Source: Candidatus Altimarinota bacterium
GTDB taxonomy: Bacteria > Patescibacteriota > Gracilibacteria > UBA4473
Length of the DNA stretch: 64,000 bases
Reading direction: 5' to 3'
Assembly: GCA_965231215.1 (NCBI GenBank)
Contig: OZ246423.1
Location: 320,001 to 384,000 of the forward strand
Below are positions 58,052 through 64,000 of the stretch, piece after piece (positions within the stretch are counted from its first letter, which is position 1; every line of letters starts with the position of its first letter). Both the position numbers and the translations under genes were made by a program. The notes under the pieces were generated by a model. It saw only the letters and a list, made by a program, of their open reading frames with translations. It was not told the origin of the DNA and did no database searches.

Positions 58052-59395
58052 TTAATTTTTTTTTATATTTCCACCACACCTAAATACAAACTGATCAAAA
58101 ATTTTATTCAATTTTTGCATTTCAAGCCTATTAAATACCTCTTCAACTTCCTCGGTAAGTTCCTGAAAACGTTTATCGGCTTTCATTACCAGTGGATCCA
58201 TCTGCAGAGCCAAATTGTTACAGCCAAGGAGCGTTAGGCCTTCCCAAGATTTGACCCGACTCAAGGCCACATACCCTTGTCCGGGTTCAAAGGTTTTGGA
58301 CAAATCCATCTCGGCACTATCCAGCGTCATTCCCTGAGATTTGTGCACCGTAATCGCCCATGCCAATCTCAAAGGAATTTGAGTATAGGTGGCAATCGGT
58401 TTTCCCTTTTCGTCCATTACATTCCAGTCCATGGCTTTTACTACCAAAGTATTGCCATCAAGAGTCTCCACTACCGGCAGATCTTCTACCGTAAAATCTG
58501 TGACCTGCCCGAGCGTTCCATTCATGTAGCCACACTCAGGATTGTTTTTTACAAACATCACGTGAGCTCCAATTTTGAGGCGCAAGTGTTGCGGAGCCAT
58601 GACCGATTTTTTTAAGGCTTCTATAACCGTACCAGACCCAACCGTATCGGCCTTGTAGTATTGGAGCTTTGCATCAATTCTTTCTAACGCTGCTTCATTC
58701 ACTTCGTCTACATCAAGGTTATGGGTGTAGAGTTTAATAGCGTTTTCATCACGAGTGTGTTGTGCGGCTTCCAGCTTTTCTCTTAGGAGATCTTGCCCAC
58801 TGTCAGAGACTTCCCCTGACCGCATTTCATTGAGAAATTTTAGTAACGAGCCATCCGACTGACGAAAAGACTCGGTGATATAACAGACCTTGAGGTCAGC
58901 TTCTACCCACACAGGCGACATAAACCCAAACTTTAGATGGGAAGGAATTCGTGATTTGCTCACGGGTGGAAGCTGGAAAAAATCTCCAGAAAAAATCACC
59001 TGAATACCCCCAAAAGGGGCTGAATTGACTTTAAAAAACTTTAAGATTTTATCTACGCAGTATAGATTTTGCGCCGATAGCATCGAGATTTCATCAATGA
59101 TGAGGACTTGAGTTTTGGTAATACGGTCGCGCACCGGTTTTTTACGTGCAATTTTTTCCAAATCCGAATCGATAATGTCATCCTTAATCCCTAATCCTGA
59201 CCAAGAGTGAATCGTTTGCCCTCCTAAATGAGTGGCCGCAATCCCCGTACTGGCGGTAATGGCCAAAGGCACTCCCCGTTCACGCAGATATTGAATGTAT
59301 TGATTGAGAAGATACGTTTTCCCGGCTCCTGCAGAACCCGTTAAAAATACATTTTGACCAGATTTTAAAACCTTCAGCGCCGTTTTTTGCAGCAT
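58052..59395 (-). CDS. Pif1/RecD-like SF1B helicase
   Basis: TGSAGAGKT, DEISM, GDFFQLPPV, AWAITVHKSQG, YVALSR. Confidence 0.9.
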   Translation of the reverse strand: MLQKTALKVLKSGQNVFLTGSAGAGKTYLLNQYIQYLRERGVPLAITASTGIAATHLGGQTIHSWSGLGIKDDIIDSDLEKIARKKPVRDRITKTQVLIIDEISMLSAQNLYCVDKILKFFKVNSAPFGGIQVIFSGDFFQLPPVSKSRIPSHLKFGFMSPVWVEADLKVCYITESFRQSDGSLLKFLNEMRSGEVSDSGQDLLREKLEAAQHTRDENAIKLYTHNLDVDEVNEAALERIDAKLQYYKADTVGSGTVIEALKKSVMAPQHLRLKIGAHVMFVKNNPECGYMNGTLGQVTDFTVEDLPVVETLDGNTLVVKAMDWNVMDEKGKPIATYTQIPLRLAWAITVHKSQGMTLDSAEMDLSKTFEPGQGYVALSRVKSWEGLTLLGCNNLALQMDPLVMKADKRFQELTEEVEEVFNRLEMQKLNKIFDQFVFRCGGNIKKN

Positions 59396-59561
59396 GGAAT
59401 GGAATTATCAACCATCAGCGTTTAATTATCAATCAAATCCCTCCGCTTATTCCCTTGTTGGTGTTTACCAGTGGTTTGATTTGAGCTCCCTTTGATAGAA
59501 CTATCACATTTTGAAAAGGGTTTTGAATAAACCCTCTTGAGCTAAAATAGTTCGTCTATCT

Positions 59562-60158
59562 TTATAGATATTTTTGAGCATATTTAATCCCTCTTTTCTT
59601 GGCTCTGGCCAAGACTTTTGGTTGCTCTTTAACCGGATTTCGAAAGGTCAATTTCCCTTCGTATAAAGCTCCTCCAGATTTGGCATAGTAGTATTTAAAC
59701 GCAACCGACAACCAAAACGGTGGAAAAACAAAAAACAACATCCGCCGATAAAAATTAGGCGTTCCCCCAGTGACAATAAAAAAAGTTCTCAGATGCCCCA
59801 ACTGCCCGGTAGGCTGACCAAGTTTATTAATATTTTTGTAGTCCAAAGCCATGTACCCAATCCGGTCAATAAAGTTTTTGAGCGGCCCTGGAACATTAAA
59901 ATTAAACGTAGGCGTCGCAATAATTAAACCTGAAGCAGACTTTAATTTTTCACCCAAAGCGGCCAATTCTATTTCAGATTCAAGTGGGACTTTCGTTTTG
60001 TGTTCAAACGGAGCACAATCTAAGTCATAGATATAGGTTTTCTCAACTTGCACATCAGGATGTACTTCTTTTACCCCCTCCAGAAAAGATTCCATCAAAC
60101 TATCAGAATTTCCTCCTTTATTAGGCGAACCAGCGAGAGCCATAATGGTTTTAGACAT
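59562..60158 (-). CDS. Flavodoxin-like NAD(P)H-dependent oxidoreductase
   Basis: GSPNKGGNS, ATPTFNFNVPGPLKNFIDR. Confidence 0.85.
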   Translation of the reverse strand: MSKTIMALAGSPNKGGNSDSLMESFLEGVKEVHPDVQVEKTYIYDLDCAPFEHKTKVPLESEIELAALGEKLKSASGLIIATPTFNFNVPGPLKNFIDRIGYMALDYKNINKLGQPTGQLGHLRTFFIVTGGTPNFYRRMLFFVFPPFWLSVAFKYYYAKSGGALYEGKLTFRNPVKEQPKVLARAKKRGIKYAQKYL

Positions 60159-60159
60159 G

Positions 60160-61584
60160 CTAATTTCTGTCATCTAACATTAACACTCTTGGTTCCATCA
60201 TATCTAAGATCGCATATTTAGGGCCTTCCCGCCCAATACCTGAATCTTTGACCCCCCCATAAGGAAGGTGATCGGCTCGGAAAGTGGGCACATCATTTAT
60301 CACGAGCCCTCCAACATCCAAAGTTTTGTAGGCATAATTAATCTTTTTCCAATCGTTCACAAACAGACCAGCCTGCAGACCAAAATCTGAATCATTTACT
60401 CGATTCACCACGGCCTCAAAGTCCGTATACCGATCCAGGGTTACAACCGGCCCAAAGGCTTCTTCGGAGGCGCATTTCATCCCTTTTTGAGTATGGGTTA
60501 TTACGGTTGGTTCTAGAAACGCATCACGTCGATTACCTCCCGTCAGAATTTTAGCCCCAGACTCTACGTCCTCGTCTATCCAAGATTTAAGACGAATGGC
60601 ATTTTTTTCATCAATCATACTCGTTATATCAGTATCTCTGGCTTCTGGTGCTCCAATTTTTAAAGCCTCTACAGCGGCAACAAACTTTTGGGTAAAGGAC
60701 TCAAAGATAGATTCGTGTGCATAAATTCTTTGCGTATGAATACAGCTCTGTCCGTTATTGGCAAAAGCGCCTACAACACATCGAGCCACCGCTAAATCTA
60801 TATCTGTATCCTCAGTCAGAATCACTCCAGCGTTTCCCCCCAGTTCTAAAACTATTTTTTTTGTTCCACATTCGGCTTTCATTGTCCATCCAACACCAGG
60901 AGATCCGGTGAAACTCAGGAGATCAAACCGATCATCTTTCACTAGTAGATTACCAGCAATTCTATCGGTTGGCATGACCGAGAGCGCTCCTTTGGGAAGC
61001 GAAGTTTTATCCAAAATTTCAGCCATTTTGATGGCAGAAAGAGGTGTAGCTGAAGCTGGTTTTAGAATAATCGGACATCCAGCCGCAATCGCTGGAGCCA
61101 CCTTATGCGCTACCAAATTCATCGGAAAATTAAACGGCGCAATTCCGGCAACTATACCTACTGGAAAGTACTGGATCATTGCTTTTTTCCCCGCATTGAA
61201 GGGGGCCCAATCGATAGATTGTAACTCCCCCGGCAAACGCTTAGCTTCTTCAGCCGCAGTTAAAAAAGTCTGAACCGCCCGTTCAATTTCAGCTAAACTA
61301 TATTTAAACGGTTTCCCACATTCCATCGCCAAAATTTCAGCTAGTTCCTCTTGGTTGGCGTCTATTTCATCGGCCACTGTGCGTAAGATTTCATACCGTT
61401 GATAGATAGGCAAGTTAGCCATTTCTTTCTTCACTGATTCTGCTGCTTTAATCGCCACCTCAAACTCATCTAAACCCGCTTGATAAGTAGTAGCGAATGC
61501 TGCTCCATGATAGGGGTTTATAACCGGTAATTCGGTGTCCGTTTCAATAAATTTGCCGCCAACGTAGAGAGGATATTTTTTCAT
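60160..61584 (-). CDS. Aldehyde dehydrogenase family protein
   Basis: PFNFP, FTGS, LELGGN, GQSC, EEAFGP, PYGGVKDSG. Confidence 0.93.
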   Translation of the reverse strand: MKKYPLYVGGKFIETDTELPVINPYHGAAFATTYQAGLDEFEVAIKAAESVKKEMANLPIYQRYEILRTVADEIDANQEELAEILAMECGKPFKYSLAEIERAVQTFLTAAEEAKRLPGELQSIDWAPFNAGKKAMIQYFPVGIVAGIAPFNFPMNLVAHKVAPAIAAGCPIILKPASATPLSAIKMAEILDKTSLPKGALSVMPTDRIAGNLLVKDDRFDLLSFTGSPGVGWTMKAECGTKKIVLELGGNAGVILTEDTDIDLAVARCVVGAFANNGQSCIHTQRIYAHESIFESFTQKFVAAVEALKIGAPEARDTDITSMIDEKNAIRLKSWIDEDVESGAKILTGGNRRDAFLEPTVITHTQKGMKCASEEAFGPVVTLDRYTDFEAVVNRVNDSDFGLQAGLFVNDWKKINYAYKTLDVGGLVINDVPTFRADHLPYGGVKDSGIGREGPKYAILDMMEPRVLMLDDRN

Positions 61585-61741
61585 ATCAAGAATTTTAAAT
61601 TATAAATTTATACAATCATGAAAACTTCAGGGATAAGACAAAGACAAGGCCACAAGAAAAAATTTTAGTAAAGCGTATTAAACAAGACGCTGAATGAATT
61701 TTTTTGAAGTTAACACAGTATTTTTCCATTTTATGGAGTTT

Positions 61742-63385
61742 TTAAATAAGACAGGTTTTTTCATGTAACTCTTTCGTAAGCACCTCATAGTGTGGTTGGT
61801 CATCCACGGGTAGATCAATTAGATGTACTCCGCCTTCGGCGAAACACGTTTCTAGAAGTGGCTTAAAGTCTTCTGTAGCTTCAACTCTGTGTCCTTTAGC
61901 TCCGTAACTTTCAGCATACTGAACAAAATTTGGATTTCCAAAATCTAGTCCAAAATCTTCAAATCCAGCTTCCTCTTGTTTCCATTTAATCATTTGATAG
62001 TCTTGGTTATTGAGCACTATCACGACCAAATCTAGATTTAACCTTACCGCCGTTTCTAGCTCCTGGCTATTCATCATAAACCCTCCATCTCCGCAGATAG
62101 CTACCACTTTTTGATCTGGTTTAACCATCTTGGCCATCATGGCCGAAGGGAGTCCTGCTCCCATCGTGGCTAGAGCATTATCCAATAATACCGTGTTGGG
62201 GGCTAAGGCACGATAATTTCGGGCAAACCAGAGTTTGTACATACCGTTGTCTAAACAGATAATGTCTTTTCGATCCAATACCCTTCTGATATCAGCGATA
62301 TAACGCTGGGGTTTGACTGGAAATCCATCATCATCGGTGCCTTTTAAAAGATGTGTATCCACTTCAGCTTTAATCTTTTCACTGTAAGAAAAATCCCAAT
62401 TAGCCTTTGATAGATCAATTCGTTCGGCCATTTGCCAGAGGGCATTAGGAATATCTCCTACCACTTCAAATTGAGGGAAGTAGACCTCATCAATTTCCGC
62501 TGGAGAAAAGCTCACATGCACTACTTTCACACCCTTTTCTTTCATAAAGAATGGCGGTTTTTCAATCACGTCATGCCCGACATTAATAATAAGATCCGCT
62601 CTTTCTACCGCACAATGTAAATAATCTCCCGCGGAAAGAGCTGCCGTCCCAATACTCCTTGGGTGATCATCCGGGATAACGCCTTTCCCCATCTGAGTGG
62701 TAAAAAACGGAATATTGGTTTTCTCTATAAACAACGTGAGCATCTTGGTGATTTCTTTTCTATTCGCTCCAGCCCCTACCAAAATCAGTGGATTTTTAGC
62801 TGCCACAATAGCCTCTAACGCTTTATTAACCGCCTTCTCATTGGCATCTGGGCGACGAGTTTTTTCAACCGGTATTGGATTTAAACTGGTTTGTTCTGCA
62901 GCAATATCTTCTGGTAGTTCTAGATGTACCGCTCCTGGACGTTCGCTTTCGGCCTGCCGAAAAGCCTCCCTGACCATAGCCGGAATGCGATCCCCATGTT
63001 TTATCTGTTCGGCGTATTTAGTCACCGGCTTAAACATTCGTACCATATCCACAATTTGAAAGTGGCCTTGCTTACTCCGCAGAATCGGTTTTTGACCGGT
63101 AATCATCATCATAGGCATGGCTCCAAGCTGAGCATAAGCGGCACTAGTAGCAAAATTTGTAGCCCCAGGCCCAAGGGTAGAAAAACAAACACCCGCTTTC
63201 CCCGTAAGTCTTCCGTAGGTTGCCGCCATAAAACCTCCAGCCTGTTCATGACGATTTAAAATAAGTTTTATTTTTGAGTGCCGAAGCGACTCTAAAAAAT
63301 CTAGATTTTCTTCTCCAGGAATACCAAAAATGTACTCTACACCTTCATTTTCTAGAGATGCGACAAGTAAATCTGAAGCCTTCAT
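61742..63385 (-). CDS. ThDP-dependent enzyme, acetolactate synthase large-subunit-like
   Basis: GIPGEENLD, RHEQ, TLGPGATN, GDGGFMMN..NN. Confidence 0.9.
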   Translation of the reverse strand: MKASDLLVASLENEGVEYIFGIPGEENLDFLESLRHSKIKLILNRHEQAGGFMAATYGRLTGKAGVCFSTLGPGATNFATSAAYAQLGAMPMMMITGQKPILRSKQGHFQIVDMVRMFKPVTKYAEQIKHGDRIPAMVREAFRQAESERPGAVHLELPEDIAAEQTSLNPIPVEKTRRPDANEKAVNKALEAIVAAKNPLILVGAGANRKEITKMLTLFIEKTNIPFFTTQMGKGVIPDDHPRSIGTAALSAGDYLHCAVERADLIINVGHDVIEKPPFFMKEKGVKVVHVSFSPAEIDEVYFPQFEVVGDIPNALWQMAERIDLSKANWDFSYSEKIKAEVDTHLLKGTDDDGFPVKPQRYIADIRRVLDRKDIICLDNGMYKLWFARNYRALAPNTVLLDNALATMGAGLPSAMMAKMVKPDQKVVAICGDGGFMMNSQELETAVRLNLDLVVIVLNNQDYQMIKWKQEEAGFEDFGLDFGNPNFVQYAESYGAKGHRVEATEDFKPLLETCFAEGGVHLIDLPVDDQPHYEVLTKELHEKTCLI

Positions 63386-63570
63386 TATTGTGCGGGATTA
63401 AAAACATTCAAATAGTAGAAAAAACATTTTAAGAGCACAAACACTTTGAGTAGCCAAAACGATAAACCCATTTTGACCGTTAAATTTTTATTAAAAAAAA
63501 TATATACTTGATTTTGTCAAATATTTCATATATAATAAATCATAAAATTAATTTTTAAAACCCATACAAA

Positions 63571-63807
63571 ATGGCTGATACTGCTCATAAAAACGACCCT
63601 AATTGGACCGAAAAGCTAAAAAAGGGAGGAACCAAGATTAAAGATGGAAGTTCGAAACTCTGGAGCAAAAGTAAAGATGGATGGAAAAAAGTTTCAGAAA
63701 AAAGTAAGGAAATGATGAATAAGAAAGACGAAGAAAAGGGTGAAAATAAAGAAGAAAGTAACCCCCAAGAAGCCGCTAACGCTGAAAACGCAGAGGCGTC
63801 TAAATAA
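63571..63807 (+). CDS. Small hydrophilic hypothetical protein
   Basis: K/E-rich ORF with repeated W..K helices, upstream TATAAT and downstream terminator. Confidence 0.6.
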   Translation: MADTAHKNDPNWTEKLKKGGTKIKDGSSKLWSKSKDGWKKVSEKSKEMMNKKDEEKGENKEESNPQEAANAENAEASK

Positions 63808-63840
63808 GCCACATCCGTAAGCATTCGCATAATAAAATCC

Positions 63841-63871
63841 AAAAAACACCTCCTTTGTGGGGTGTTTTTTT
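63841..63871. terminator. Intrinsic terminator
   Basis: AAAAAACACCTC-CTTTGT-GGGGTGTTTTTT hairpin. Confidence 0.8.
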
Positions 63872-64000
63872 GTTATACTAATGAACTAAAACCTAAATTT
63901 TATAAGCAAATTCGTATAAATCGATTTTACATTCATATCTGTTCCCTTAGACTCTGAGAGCTTAGTGGAAAGCATCAGTTTGAGTTAAGGTCCAACGGCC

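Noticed and set aside
121-63842. Many 60-170 aa ORFs antisense to or nested in longer genes
   Set aside because: They overlap well-supported CDSs and lack motifs.
1-64000. UGA-to-Gly recoding (code 25), as in some Gracilibacteria
   Set aside because: Long conserved genes are intact in code 11 and TGA serves as stop in ATGA overlaps (23022, 27328, 39765, 40883, 46018).
1-64000. CRISPR array, rRNA or IS transposase
   Set aside because: No regularly spaced repeats, cas genes, rRNA-like segment or transposase motif seen by eye.

Overview
Low-GC bacterial chromosome window in standard genetic code 11. Gene content (SLH proteins, HTH-MurA, PP2C-like/propeller protein, Pif1, several apparently leaderless genes) suggests a Patescibacteria/CPR-type host; that is inference, not marker-gene proof. 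Positions ~1-4.3 kb hold an accessory pair: a 5'-truncated large ART-like/kinase-like protein and a macrodomain-hydrolase. From ~4.6 kb to 29.8 kb lies a genomic island abutting the 3' end of tRNA-Gln(TTG). It carries scrambled gene remnants, a complete DRT3 antiphage locus (drt3a, drt3b and a downstream structured ncRNA candidate with a CACACACA tract), a CsoR-regulated Cu/Ag/Zn efflux cluster with no outer-membrane factor, and a capsid-less module of two methyltransferases, terminase small and large subunits and a serine recombinase. It ends with an uncharacterised nucleotidyltransferase + 779-aa helical protein pair, my best candidate for an undescribed system. From 29.9 to 64 kb is mostly host backbone: a CarS/DAGK/PgsA lipid operon, ogt, SOUL, DUF21, SLH/FMN-bind-like proteins, ECF sigma/anti-sigma, lemA, ferredoxin/FNR, HTH-murA, an M20/ATP-grasp/formylglutamase cluster, typA, a dam-4TM-DGQHR cassette, Pif1, and an ALDH + ThDP enzyme pair. 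All family calls are by motif recognition; no searches were run.
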